Origin: Syntrophomonadaceae bacterium
Lineage (GTDB): Bacteria; Bacillota; Syntrophomonadia; Syntrophomonadales; Syntrophomonadaceae
Assembly: GCA_035353375.1 (NCBI GenBank)
Contig: DAOPZM010000018.1
Coordinates: 37,436-55,684 of the forward strand
Direction: 5' to 3'
Length of the DNA: 18,249 nt
The translations under genes were made by a program, and so were the position numbers. Below the pieces are notes generated by a model. It had not been told where the DNA came from. It worked only from the letters and a program-made list of their open reading frames with translations, and searched no databases. This document shows positions 1 through 8,179 of the stretch, piece after piece; position 1 is the first letter of the stretch; every line of letters starts with the position of its first letter.

Positions 1-549
1 ATGCCCTGAACCTGATGGAACTAAGTCATGGAGACAAGGTCGAATTTTACTATGCTGCCGGCATAACAGACCCGACTGATTTGACGGCGGTCAAGGCAGC
101 AGCAGTGGCAGCGGTGAAAACCGTGGCCTCGACCATGGACGTACTGTATGACGGGACAGTTGATTTAACACCGGATGCGACCTTCGACGTGACGGCTTAC
201 AACTCTTCTGCTTCTTATACAGTCGAAGAAACTACCCCGCTGGGAGCACTACAGGCAACCGGCTTGACCTATGGAGTAACAGATAAGAACTATGCAAGCT
301 CAGGAGCTTTGCTATTGGACAATGTAGGAACTTATCTGCGTGATAAAACTAACAGCACCTATTGGTACGCCTACGTTAATGATGTCTATAAAGACGGCTA
401 CAACAATGCTCCGGATGCCCTGAACCTGATGGAACTAAGTCATGGAGACAAGGTCGAATTTTACTATGCAGCTGGCATAACAGACCCGACTGATCTGACG
501 GCGGTCAAGGCAGCGGCGGTGGCAGCAGTGAAAACCGTGGCCTCAACAG
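1..549 (+). repeat. Intragenic direct repeat: 134-nt segment (1-134) repeated at 415-548, period 414 nt (138 codons)
   Basis: Base-by-base comparison of 1-134 with 415-548 gives 8 mismatches (positions 56, 59, 81, 101, 104, 113, 131, 134 of copy 1). All are synonymous; both copies encode the identical 44-aa string ALNLMELSHGDKVEFYYAAGITDPTDLTAVKAAAVAAVKTVAST. Confidence 0.95.
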
Positions 550-3500
550 GTGTCGCGCCAACCGACTGGACCCTTCAGCTCTCCGGAGCGAAGAATGTTT
601 CGGTTAGCAAGGCCAATTTTGAAGCCGGCCTTGCATGTGCGTCCTCAGGGCACCAGGTTTTCTGGACTGATACTAAAGATACTGATGATACCAGCGACGA
701 TGATGTCTGGGGAGGTGTGCCTCTCTGGCTGCTCGTTGCCATGGTTGATGATGATCCCGATGTTGGTTCTGAGCACTATAACTTCAATGATGATCTGGCC
801 GCTGAGAACTATGAAATTAAAGTTATAGCCGGCGACGGATGGTCCACAATCCTTGACAGTGCCGCTATTGCCCGCAGCGATGGCTATATCATTGCCAATA
901 CCCTTAACGGAGAACCGCTTCCGCTTAAAACTGAATCGGATAAAGATTGCTGGCCTCTGCAATTGAAAGGTTCAGCGATTTCCGGCGGACAGCAGGTAGG
1001 CAACATCGCTCGCATTGAACTGTCTGGCATGCCTGAACCATCTGTAGGATGGACCCTGGAAGTGGTTGGAGAAATTGGAGATACCATCACCCAGGCAGAA
1101 TTTGAAGAGGGACTGGCCTGTACCGGTTCAGGACATTACAAAGAATGGACGGATATCGATGGCAATGTTTGGTCCGGTGTGCCCCTATGGCTGTTATTAG
1201 GTGCGGTGGATAACATCGAGACAAGCAGCCACTGGACTTTTGATAATACCTTGCCGGCCAGCTATACGGTGAAAGTGGTCAATGCCGAAGGTGACTATGA
1301 AAAGACTTTTAATGGCTCGGATGTTGCCGGAAGTGATGACTATATTGTGGCTGACCAGATGAACGGTGAGCCGCTTACCGATTCATATCCGCTGCGCCTG
1401 GTAGGCGATGGAGTCACAAAAGATGATGGGTCACTGGGGGGCTTGGCTGTTGGTAACCTCGCCAGGATCGAAATCCCCGAGCTGCAGACACCGGAAGCGG
1501 AAGCAGGAAGCTGGAATCTTACATTAAGCGGGAAGATAAGCGATGTTATTGCCCAGGCTGAGTTTGAAGCTGCTCTGGCCTGCCCCGGTTCAGGACATTC
1601 CGCAGAATGGACTGACCTTGACGGTAATGTGTGGTCCGGTATGCCGCTTTGGTTCCTGACCGGCTGGGTAGACGACAGGCAGCCGCACGATTACGACGCC
1701 AATCAGGCGGCGGCTGGATATAAGGTCCTGGTGAAAGCCAGTGATGGTTACAGCGTTGATTTTGACAGCTCGGATGTTAAATGGAGCAACGAATATATCG
1801 TAGCCAACAAATTTAATGGCGATCCACTTACCGATTCATGGCCGCTGCGTCTGGTTGGAACAGGCGTCATCGGAGATGATGGTGCTCTAAGCGGTATCAG
1901 CGTCGGGAAGATCACGGAGATCGAACTGACGACTTTCGGAACTGCTGCAGACATACCCGAACTACATATCGTCAAGTATGCTGAAGATGGTACTTCTGTC
2001 CTTAATGAAATAACAATCGATTATCGGGATATGGAGAGCAATTATGATGTGATAGGAGACGGGACAACAATATACAGGTATGAAGGCATAACCAACAATC
2101 CGGAGGATGTTTGGGATGCAGCTGAGACCTATCCCGGCGGCTATAAGATTGCCAATGCCGTTAAGGGTACGCGCATAAAAGATCTTTGTGATCAGGTTGG
2201 CGGCATGGGGGCAGGGACTGAAATAGTCCTGAGTGCCGACGACGGGTACGAAACCAGGCTTCCCTACTCCTCCATCTATACCGACCCTTCAGTGCAGGAA
2301 CGGCAGGGAGATGCCATTCTGGCCTGGTGGGGAGATGGAGACTACGTACCCTATTATGCAGATGGTATGCGTTTATTATTTACTCCGGGCGGTGACCATG
2401 TCTATGGACAATGGGATATGCACGAGACGCTGCCGTCAAGCTACTGGCACTACTACTACAGCGATAATGTACAGTATCCTTCATGCGGCGGGTTATCGAG
2501 CAAGTATATTACCAATATAGAGATATATTCGGTGCCAGCGGGCGATTGGACCCTTGAACTTGATGGTACTGATATTGGCGGGTTGGAGTACGATGTAAGC
2601 AAAACTTATTTTGAATCAGCACTCGCTTGTCAGTTCGGAGCCAATCACAAGGCAACCTACACAGATACTGATAGTCATTTATGGGAAGGTATGCCTTTGT
2701 GGTTCCTGGCCGGATTTGTTGATGACGTTGACCAGCATTCCGATGAATCCTTTAATGATGAACTTGCCGAGTCCGGATATAATGTTGTGATCACCTCTAC
2801 TGATGGGGATTCGGTAACAATCAACAGCAATGACATTATCAGGAACAGCGGCTACATTGTGGCCAATTCATTAGATGGGGCTATTTTCCCCGATGCGGAC
2901 AGCAATTGGCCCCTTTGCCTGGTGGGTTCGGCGGTAAGCGGGAATAACGCTATCGCTCAGATAAAAAGCATTGAACTGGTTAAGCCTGAAGCAACGCTGC
3001 AGGATCTGACCATAAGTCAAGGAACCTTAACTCCGGCATTCGACCCGGACACATATTCCTACACAGCTGATGTGGCGAGTACAATTTCATCAGTAACTAT
3101 AAGCGCAACTGAAAATGATGGTATGACAGCATCCGGAGACATTGGCACATTTAACCTGACCAAAGGCGCCAATACTTTTGAAATTGATGTCGACGGAGGA
3201 GCCACCCATACCGATGCCACTTATACGATCATTATCACCCGGAAATCAACTGCTGCTAACGGCGGTGGCGGTGGCGGGGTAGTTGTTACTCCAACCGTAA
3301 CCGGCGTAGATGTAAAGAACGCTCCGGACAAAGTAATATACGACGAAGGCGATGCTTTGGATCTGACCGGTCTGGCGGTGACCTTGACCTATTCGAATGG
3401 AACCACCAAAGATGTTGTATGGGCTGATTTTGCTGATTATGATATCACTGTTGCACCGGAAGATGGTGCTTTATTAAAAGCAGCTGACAGCGAAATAGTT

Positions 3501-4127
3501 ATTGCCGTGAACGGTAAAACGGTCAGGCAGACCATTACAGTAAAAACAGAAATACCGGTAACACCGGAAACTCCAGTAAATCCTCCGGCAGAGGAAACAC
3601 CAGTGCTGACCGATATAGATGGCCACTGGGCGGCAGAGTATATAAAGTATCTGGTCGATATTGGAGCTGTTGCCGGGTATCCGGATAACACTTTCAAACC
3701 GGATGAGCTGGTTACCCGCGCCGAATTTGCCAAAATGCTAGTGGAAGCTTTTGGATTGACGGCGGAATCAGGCAAAATATTTGATGATACCGCAGACTAT
3801 TGGGCTAAGGATTATATCGCTGCGGCAGCTGCCCATGGAATCGTAGCCGGTTACAACGATAATGAATTTGGACCGGATGACGTAATCACCCGTGAGCAGA
3901 TTGCAATCATGATAGTTAAAGCTGCCGGGTTGGATGCAGTTGAAGGAGAATTAACTTTCGCCGATGAAGCTGATATATCCTCCTGGGCACATGATTGGGT
4001 TGTAACTGCTGCCCAAAACAAGCTGATGAGCGGTTACACAGATAACACTTTCCGCCCGCAGGATATTGCTACAAGGGCGGAGGCTGTTACAACCATTGTG
4101 AATGCATTAAAATTGTTCAAAGAATAA
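1..4127 (+). CDS. Giant S-layer-anchored multidomain surface protein, 5'-truncated by the window edge
   Basis: The frame is open from base 3 (codons 3-14 = ALNL, continuing a repeat seen again at 415); stop TAA at 4125-4127. By-eye domains: tail of one DUF4430/transcobalamin-like module (1-60) and a complete one (135-470; YWYAYVNDVYKDGY...GDKVEFYYA). Four ~140-155-aa modules carry the sulfite-oxidase/YedY Moco-domain signature (WxLxxxG ... WxGVPLW ... DGY ... NGEPL ... WPLRLVG ... IxxIEL) at 567-1028, 1050-1481, 1512-1931 and 2547-2981. One divergent module (1962-2531) is paralogous to the ORFs at 5616 and 10177. Also a cadherin-like beta-sandwich (2997-3242; LQDLTISQGTLTPAFDPDTYSYT), an Ig-like (Big) domain (3298-3543), and three SLH repeats (3606-4113). 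Confidence 0.9.
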   Translation, partial: ALNLMELSHGDKVEFYYAAGITDPTDLTAVKAAAVAAVKTVASTMDVLYDGTVDLTPDATFDVTAYNSSASYTVEETTPLGALQATGLTYGVTDKNYASSGALLLDNVGTYLRDKTNSTYWYAYVNDVYKDGYNNAPDALNLMELSHGDKVEFYYAAGITDPTDLTAVKAAAVAAVKTVASTGVAPTDWTLQLSGAKNVSVSKANFEAGLACASSGHQVFWTDTKDTDDTSDDDVWGGVPLWLLVAMVDDDPDVGSEHYNFNDDLAAENYEIKVIAGDGWSTILDSAAIARSDGYIIANTLNGEPLPLKTESDKDCWPLQLKGSAISGGQQVGNIARIELSGMPEPSVGWTLEVVGEIGDTITQAEFEEGLACTGSGHYKEWTDIDGNVWSGVPLWLLLGAVDNIETSSHWTFDNTLPASYTVKVVNAEGDYEKTFNGSDVAGSDDYIVADQMNGEPLTDSYPLRLVGDGVTKDDGSLGGLAVGNLARIEIPELQTPEAEAGSWNLTLSGKISDVIAQAEFEAALACPGSGHSAEWTDLDGNVWSGMPLWFLTGWVDDRQPHDYDANQAAAGYKVLVKASDGYSVDFDSSDVKWSNEYIVANKFNGDPLTDSWPLRLVGTGVIGDDGALSGISVGKITEIELTTFGTAADIPELHIVKYAEDGTSVLNEITIDYRDMESNYDVIGDGTTIYRYEGITNNPEDVWDAAETYPGGYKIANAVKGTRIKDLCDQVGGMGAGTEIVLSADDGYETRLPYSSIYTDPSVQERQGDAILAWWGDGDYVPYYADGMRLLFTPGGDHVYGQWDMHETLPSSYWHYYYSDNVQYPSCGGLSSKYITNIEIYSVPAGDWTLELDGTDIGGLEYDVSKTYFESALACQFGANHKATYTDTDSHLWEGMPLWFLAGFVDDVDQHSDESFNDELAESGYNVVITSTDGDSVTINSNDIIRNSGYIVANSLDGAIFPDADSNWPLCLVGSAVSGNNAIAQIKSIELVKPEATLQDLTISQGTLTPAFDPDTYSYTADVASTISSVTISATENDGMTASGDIGTFNLTKGANTFEIDVDGGATHTDATYTIIITRKSTAANGGGGGGVVVTPTVTGVDVKNAPDKVIYDEGDALDLTGLAVTLTYSNGTTKDVVWADFADYDITVAPEDGALLKAADSEIVIAVNGKTVRQTITVKTEIPVTPETPVNPPAEETPVLTDIDGHWAAEYIKYLVDIGAVAGYPDNTFKPDELVTRAEFAKMLVEAFGLTAESGKIFDDTADYWAKDYIAAAAAHGIVAGYNDNEFGPDDVITREQIAIMIVKAAGLDAVEGELTFADEADISSWAHDWVVTAAQNKLMSGYTDNTFRPQDIATRAEAVTTIVNALKLFKE
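567..2981 (+). repeat. Protein-level array of five sulfite-oxidase-fold-like modules inside the giant surface protein (four canonical, one divergent)
   Basis: Recurring WTL(Q/E)xxG ... (G/A)LACxGSGH ... W(G/S/E)G(V/M)PLW(L/F)L ... DG(W/Y/D) ... Y(I)(I/V)AN ... NG(E/D)PL ... WPL(Q/R/C)L(K/V)G ... I(E)(L/I) blocks in the translated ORF. Nucleotide identity between units is low, so these are old duplications. Confidence 0.75.
3606..4113 (+). other. Three tandem S-layer homology (SLH) domains, the cell-wall anchor of the giant protein
   Basis: Motifs LTDIDGHWAAEYIKYLVDIGAVAGYPDNTFKPDELVTRAEFAKMLV, FDDTADYWAKDYIAAAAAHGIVAGYNDNEFGPDDVITREQIAIMIV and FADEADISSWAHDWVVTAAQNKLMSGYTDNTFRPQDIATRAEAVTTIV match the classical SLH consensus (xW..xY(I/V)..a...gi..Gy.dgtF.P...iTRaE.a). 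Confidence 0.9.
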
Positions 4128-4201
4128 ATCTATATTGCTATTCGCTGCCGTCAACATGACTTTAACAGTCCGACAGCAGAAAAACACACCGGCAGCACAT
4201 G

Positions 4202-4231
4202 GGATAAGGGCGATTGACACCGCCCTTATCC
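4202..4231 (+). terminator. Perfect 11-bp stem / 8-nt loop hairpin downstream of the giant gene; possible terminator without a T-tract
   Basis: GGATAAGGGCG (4202-4212) pairs with CGCCCTTATCC (4221-4231); the loop is ATTGACAC. There is no U-run after the stem, so it is not a canonical intrinsic terminator. Confidence 0.35.
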
Positions 4232-4244
4232 TCGCTGATATAAG
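4214..4244 (+). promoter_or_regulatory. Candidate sigma-A-type promoter for the 4276-10049 operon
   Basis: TTGACA at 4214-4219 (inside the hairpin loop) and an extended -10-like TGATATAAG at 4236-4244. The spacer to TATAAG is 19 nt, which is longer than optimal. Confidence 0.3.
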
Positions 4245-4275
4245 GTGACGGGCAAAGTATTTAACGATTATCGTA

Positions 4276-5613
4276 ATGCCAAAGAACAATGGGGTGAACG
4301 AATTGACGCTGAGAAAGCAAACAGGACGGCAGCGTTCCGTACTGATTATGATATTGGTGCTGGCATTAATGACAGCGTCACCCCGGATGGTATTTTGCAG
4401 CGATAATGTTCCCAATCCGCACGGAGTTGACGGCCAATCGATAACTTTGCTTTGGGGACCGTATTTAACCAGTACTGATACCAACAGTACCGTTATTAAT
4501 GTAAAAACTGATATTGATTCAACTGTGATCGTTTATTTCGCTACAGAAGAATATTACGCTGCTTATCATACTTATAATATGAAGGCCTCTGATGGCACCA
4601 AAGGACAATTGCATCACATTGATCTTTCCGGATTGGTGCCAGGAACTGTTTATCTTTATCAGGTGAACTGCAACGGAGAAGCTACCGGAGAATTCAGTTT
4701 CGCCACGTTTCCCGCTGCAGGTAAGTTTACTTTCGCAGTTTACGGTGATACCCAGGATGAACTGCCGAATTTCAGTCAGGCTGAAAGACATAAGCTGGTA
4801 GCCGATCGTATAGCTCAGGAAGAAGAGGTGCTTTTCGTGCTTAATGTCGGAGATCTGGTGAATGACGGCAACGATGCTGCCAATTGGGACCGATATTTTA
4901 ATGCCGCACGAAATATGGCAGCAACCAAAACAGTTTTTCCTGCTCGCGGAAACCATGATGGGAATGATTTATATTACGATATTTTTGGGGTATTACCTTA
5001 TTACTCATTTGATTGTGCCGATGCCCACTTCACAATACTTGACTCGATCGACAATCCCATTGGGCAGACAGACTGGCTGTATAATGATTTGGCCAATGAA
5101 AAGGAATGGAAATTTGTTTTTTCCCACCATCCCATTTATACTTCGGAAACAAATCACTTCGGAGGGTGGGAGAACTTCAGGAATGAGTGGGAGAATATTT
5201 TCATCAGCCAGGGCGTCGATGTGGTTTGGAACGGGCATATCCATGCTTATGAGCGTTACCTGGAAAACAATATTATGTATATGGTAGTCGGTATCGGCGG
5301 CGGGCCTTACAGTACGCTCAGTACTGACAAGTACCCTGGATATCGCAACAGCCTGGAACGCAGCCTTGGTTATGCCAAAGTTACGATCGATCCTGATGCG
5401 GGTACTGCACTGGTACAAGTTGTTCGGGTCGCAGATATATCCATGGACGGCAAAATAATCACAGAACTCCCCGAGGGAACAATATTTGAAACTTATACTG
5501 TAACCTCTTCTGCAGCAGAAGACTTGAAAATAACTCCCATAGGCAGTACAGTGCTGCAGTCACTTTTTCAGTTTTTTAATAGCATCTACTATTTACTACT
5601 AAAAGGGGTGTAA
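4276..5613 (+). CDS. Secreted purple-acid-phosphatase-like metallophosphoesterase (calcineurin-like fold) with an N-terminal Fn3-like domain
   Basis: Metallophosphoesterase motifs occur in order: FAVYGDTQD, NVGDLVNDG, ARGNHD, FSHHPIY, NGHIHAYERY (compare plant PAP GHVHAYER). The N-terminal ITLLWGPYL...GTVYLYQV resembles the PAP N-terminal domain. A basic then hydrophobic N-terminus (RKQTGRQRSVLIMILVLALMTASP) suggests a signal peptide. The start is uncertain: ATG 4276 has no RBS, whereas in-frame TTG 4303 follows GGGGTGA (4291-4297). Confidence 0.85.
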   Translation: MPKNNGVNELTLRKQTGRQRSVLIMILVLALMTASPRMVFCSDNVPNPHGVDGQSITLLWGPYLTSTDTNSTVINVKTDIDSTVIVYFATEEYYAAYHTYNMKASDGTKGQLHHIDLSGLVPGTVYLYQVNCNGEATGEFSFATFPAAGKFTFAVYGDTQDELPNFSQAERHKLVADRIAQEEEVLFVLNVGDLVNDGNDAANWDRYFNAARNMAATKTVFPARGNHDGNDLYYDIFGVLPYYSFDCADAHFTILDSIDNPIGQTDWLYNDLANEKEWKFVFSHHPIYTSETNHFGGWENFRNEWENIFISQGVDVVWNGHIHAYERYLENNIMYMVVGIGGGPYSTLSTDKYPGYRNSLERSLGYAKVTIDPDAGTALVQVVRVADISMDGKIITELPEGTIFETYTVTSSAAEDLKITPIGSTVLQSLFQFFNSIYYLLLKGV

Positions 5614-5615
5614 TT

Positions 5616-6482
5616 ATGTCGAAAGGGATAATCTCGCGGTTTTGTTGCTTAGCGGTTTCAGTCGTATTTTCGCTGCTCATAACCCAGTTTTTTATGGTTT
5701 CTCCGGCATGGGGTGCGGGGGCTACGACTTCGGTGCATCTGATCAAATATGCAGCTGATGGTGTGACCGTATCAGACGAGAAAATCGTTGATTACAAATG
5801 GATGGAAAAAAACCTTAAGGTTTATGGGGACGGGAAGACTCATTATTATCACCAGGGGCCTGTATTCGAAGGAGATTTATGGGATCCGGACGAAGTCAAT
5901 AATCTTAAAGACAAAGGAGCGGTGAAGGGTACTGCAATCAAAGATTTGTGTGACCTGATCGGCGGGATGGAAACCGGCGATGAAGTGATGCTGGTATCAG
6001 TAGACAAATGGCATACGGAGTTTGCTTACAGCAATGTCTACGAACCTCTGGATATTCAAGGAGTAATTGCTCTTTGCTGGTACAATGGTGAGGATATTGC
6101 CGAGGGAGAGCGATTTGGGGTGGGATACCCGGCCAATAATGCTTATCGTACGGGACTGCAGATAGTCTTTATGCCGGAATCTGCGAACAGTGAAGGGAAA
6201 TATGTTTTCGGCAACAATGACATGAAAATAGCCTTGCCCCAGGAAAAGTACCAGCATTTTTTTGAAGGGCAATACCCGAGTACCAGCGGCCTTTCCGGCA
6301 AGTGGGTCAGTGAACTGAGAATTTACAGCGGCGGTGTTCCGGAAAACCTGATCATTGAATTAAACGACCAGCCTCCTTTAACCGAGTCTGAAAAGACTAT
6401 ACCCTGGATACCCATTATAGCAGGAGCAGTGGGGATAGTATTAGTCGGCGGGTATATTTATTTGAGGAGAAAACCAGAATGA
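5616..6482 (+). CDS. Extracytoplasmic, C-terminally membrane-anchored protein with one divergent sulfite-oxidase-fold-like module (paralogue of 1962-2531 and 10177-11358)
   Basis: RBS AAAGGGG lies upstream of ATG 5616. Signal peptide ...FFMVSPAWGAGA. Shared motifs with paralogues: H(L/I)(I/V)KYAxDG, GDGxTHYYHQGPVF, KGTxIKDLCxxxGGM, PSxSGLSxK. C-terminal TM plus basic tail: IPIIAGAVGIVLVGGYIYLRRKPE. Confidence 0.85.
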   Translation: MSKGIISRFCCLAVSVVFSLLITQFFMVSPAWGAGATTSVHLIKYAADGVTVSDEKIVDYKWMEKNLKVYGDGKTHYYHQGPVFEGDLWDPDEVNNLKDKGAVKGTAIKDLCDLIGGMETGDEVMLVSVDKWHTEFAYSNVYEPLDIQGVIALCWYNGEDIAEGERFGVGYPANNAYRTGLQIVFMPESANSEGKYVFGNNDMKIALPQEKYQHFFEGQYPSTSGLSGKWVSELRIYSGGVPENLIIELNDQPPLTESEKTIPWIPIIAGAVGIVLVGGYIYLRRKPE

Positions 6483-7060
6483 AAGATAAAATGGCCAAGG
6501 CCTTATTAATAATTGGAGTTTTGTTCATCCTGGGATCAGTACTTGTATACCTGCAGCCCTGGCAGGGGCAGGTTGATGCGGAAACCAGAAATTGGCAGTT
6601 GACTTTAGTCGGCCGTGACGGTGATGAAAAGGTGCTATCCTATAAGGATATTACCGGGCTGCCGGCTTACCAGGGCAAAGGAGGCTTTTTCTCTACGATT
6701 GGGATTGTTTATGGGCCCTATGATGCCAAAGGGGTTACCTTGGAAGAATTGTGTGAACAAGTTGGCGGGATAGTTCAGGGTGATGCAGTAATGATAACAG
6801 CCAAGGATGGTTATTCAACAGTTCTGGATTATGAGCAGGTCATGGGAGAATTTATTACTTACAATTCTGAGCTTAAGGAAGTGCCTCACCCAGAACTTAA
6901 GACCATACTGATGTATAAGCAGGACGGCAAACCATTGGCTGATGAAGACGGCAAACCGTTTAGAATTGCGGTGGTGAGCAAAGACCAGGGACTTCTGAAT
7001 GAGGGTACCTATTGGGTCAAATGGGTCAATAAAATAGAAGTGCTTAATAAAACTCCCTGA
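6479..7060 (+). CDS. Small N-terminally anchored protein with a molybdopterin-binding-oxidoreductase-like (sulfite-oxidase-fold) domain
   Basis: ATGA start/stop overlap with the upstream gene; GAGGAG RBS at 6464-6469. N-terminal TM ALLIIGVLFILGSVLVYL, then WQLTLVGRDG...LSYKDI...KGVTLEELCEQVGG...AKDGYS...DGKPL...PFRIAV...YWVKWVNKIEV, the typical layout of Oxidored_molyb-type domains. Confidence 0.85.
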   Translation: MKDKMAKALLIIGVLFILGSVLVYLQPWQGQVDAETRNWQLTLVGRDGDEKVLSYKDITGLPAYQGKGGFFSTIGIVYGPYDAKGVTLEELCEQVGGIVQGDAVMITAKDGYSTVLDYEQVMGEFITYNSELKEVPHPELKTILMYKQDGKPLADEDGKPFRIAVVSKDQGLLNEGTYWVKWVNKIEVLNKTP

Positions 7061-7081
7061 AAAGAGTAAAATCGTTAAAAG

Positions 7082-8170
7082 GTGGTCGGATTATTGTCTG
7101 CAAGAAAATGGGTGTATGCTTTTTTATTAGTGGCAATTATATTGACGGCGACAGGGTGCTCCCGAACGGATACCCGTCAGGATAACGGCAAAGTTGAGTT
7201 GAAGGTAATAATTGCCGGCAGTCTTATGGTGCCCTTTCAAGCCATTGAAAAGGAATTTGAGAGAGACAATCCGGATATAGATGTGTTGCTGGAAGGGCAT
7301 GGAAGTGTGCAGGCAATACGCTGTGTAACTGAATTGGGAGATATAGCAGACCTGACTGCTGTAGCTGATACCCAGCTTATTCCAGCGATGATGTATTCTA
7401 CCCGGATCCCCGGAAGCGATACTCCTTATGCTGATTGGCTGGTTAAGTTTTCTGCTAACCGGCTGGGGATTGCCTATAAGGATGAAAGCGCTTATTCATC
7501 CGAAATCAATGCTGATAACTGGTACGAAATAATTTCCCGGCCGGATGTATCCATCGGTCTGGCGGACCCCCGCATCGATGCTATGGGGTACCGCACCTTG
7601 ATGACGATGCAGCTGGCTGAGGATTATTACAGTGATAATACTATATTCGAAAGGACAATAGGAGATGCGTTCAATCCGCCCTTGGTTGTTTCTGAACAGG
7701 GGGGGGATTTTAACATAATTGTTCCCGAGATTGTAAAATCAAATCAATCCAGGGTTAAGCTGCGCAGTTACAGCATACAATTGATGGCGCTCCTGGAGTC
7801 AGGTGATTTAGATTATTCGTTCGAGTATGAAAGTGTAGCCAAACAACGGGGGCTCAAGTTTTTAAGCCTGCCTGAAGCGATCGACCTCAGCAGTCCGGAT
7901 TACAATAAGCAATACCGGCAGGTGGAAGTAAACCTCGACTTTAAAAGATTTGCATCTGTCATACCCAGTTTTAAAGGAACCCAAATCGTATATGGATTAA
8001 CTATACCTGAAAATGCTCAACATCCAGGCGAGGCGGAACGGTTAATAGAGTATGTTCTCAGTCCGGACGGCCGGCGCATATTCGAACAGTGCCACCAGCC
8101 GTTGTTAGCGACTCCGGTATGTGACAATGTCCAGGCCTTGCCTGAGTCTCTTCAGCCATTATTCCGTTAG
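7082..8170 (+). CDS. wtpA: Tungstate/molybdate ABC transporter substrate-binding lipoprotein, WtpA family
   Basis: Lipobox LTATGC follows a hydrophobic N-terminus. Strong by-eye similarity to archaeal WtpA proteins as I recall them: AGSLxxPF, GSVxxIRxVTELG, NWYEIxxRPDV, GYRTLMxxQLAExYY, ESGDLDYxFxYxSVAKQxG, IDLSSPDY, IVYGLTIPxNA. The start may be TTG 7094, which is 8 nt after AAGGTGG at 7079-7085, rather than GTG 7082. Confidence 0.8.
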   Translation: MVGLLSARKWVYAFLLVAIILTATGCSRTDTRQDNGKVELKVIIAGSLMVPFQAIEKEFERDNPDIDVLLEGHGSVQAIRCVTELGDIADLTAVADTQLIPAMMYSTRIPGSDTPYADWLVKFSANRLGIAYKDESAYSSEINADNWYEIISRPDVSIGLADPRIDAMGYRTLMTMQLAEDYYSDNTIFERTIGDAFNPPLVVSEQGGDFNIIVPEIVKSNQSRVKLRSYSIQLMALLESGDLDYSFEYESVAKQRGLKFLSLPEAIDLSSPDYNKQYRQVEVNLDFKRFASVIPSFKGTQIVYGLTIPENAQHPGEAERLIEYVLSPDGRRIFEQCHQPLLATPVCDNVQALPESLQPLFR

Positions 8171-8179
8171 GAGATACAA

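Noticed and set aside
3261-3278. Run of six glycine codons (GGCGGTGGCGGTGGCGGG) as a potential slippage or phase-variation tract
   Set aside because: It is not a homopolymer or a perfect short tandem repeat of sufficient length. It most simply encodes a flexible Gly linker between the cadherin-like and Ig-like domains.
4128-4275. Possible Moco/W-co riboswitch or ModE-type operator upstream of the W/Mo operon (TCGCTGATATA ... TATTTAACGA half-sites at about 4232-4267)
   Set aside because: I could not find the conserved core of the Moco RNA motif as I remember it. The half-sites resemble my recollection of the ModE box (CGnTATATA-N6-TATATAnCG), but the spacer is ~8 nt too long and the arms are only weakly complementary. 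No modE-like gene is present. A covariance-model (Rfam) scan would settle the riboswitch question.
550-5418. Track ORFs nested in or antisense to the giant gene and the phosphoesterase gene (550-828, 645-962, 884-1090, 1748-1975, 2233-2520, 3437-3775, 4107-4484, 4519-4956, 4862-5287, 5005-5418)
   Set aside because: All overlap much longer ORFs with clear domain content. Their translations are low-complexity or Ser/Pro/Arg-rich with no recognisable motifs and no RBS. They are typical shadow ORFs.
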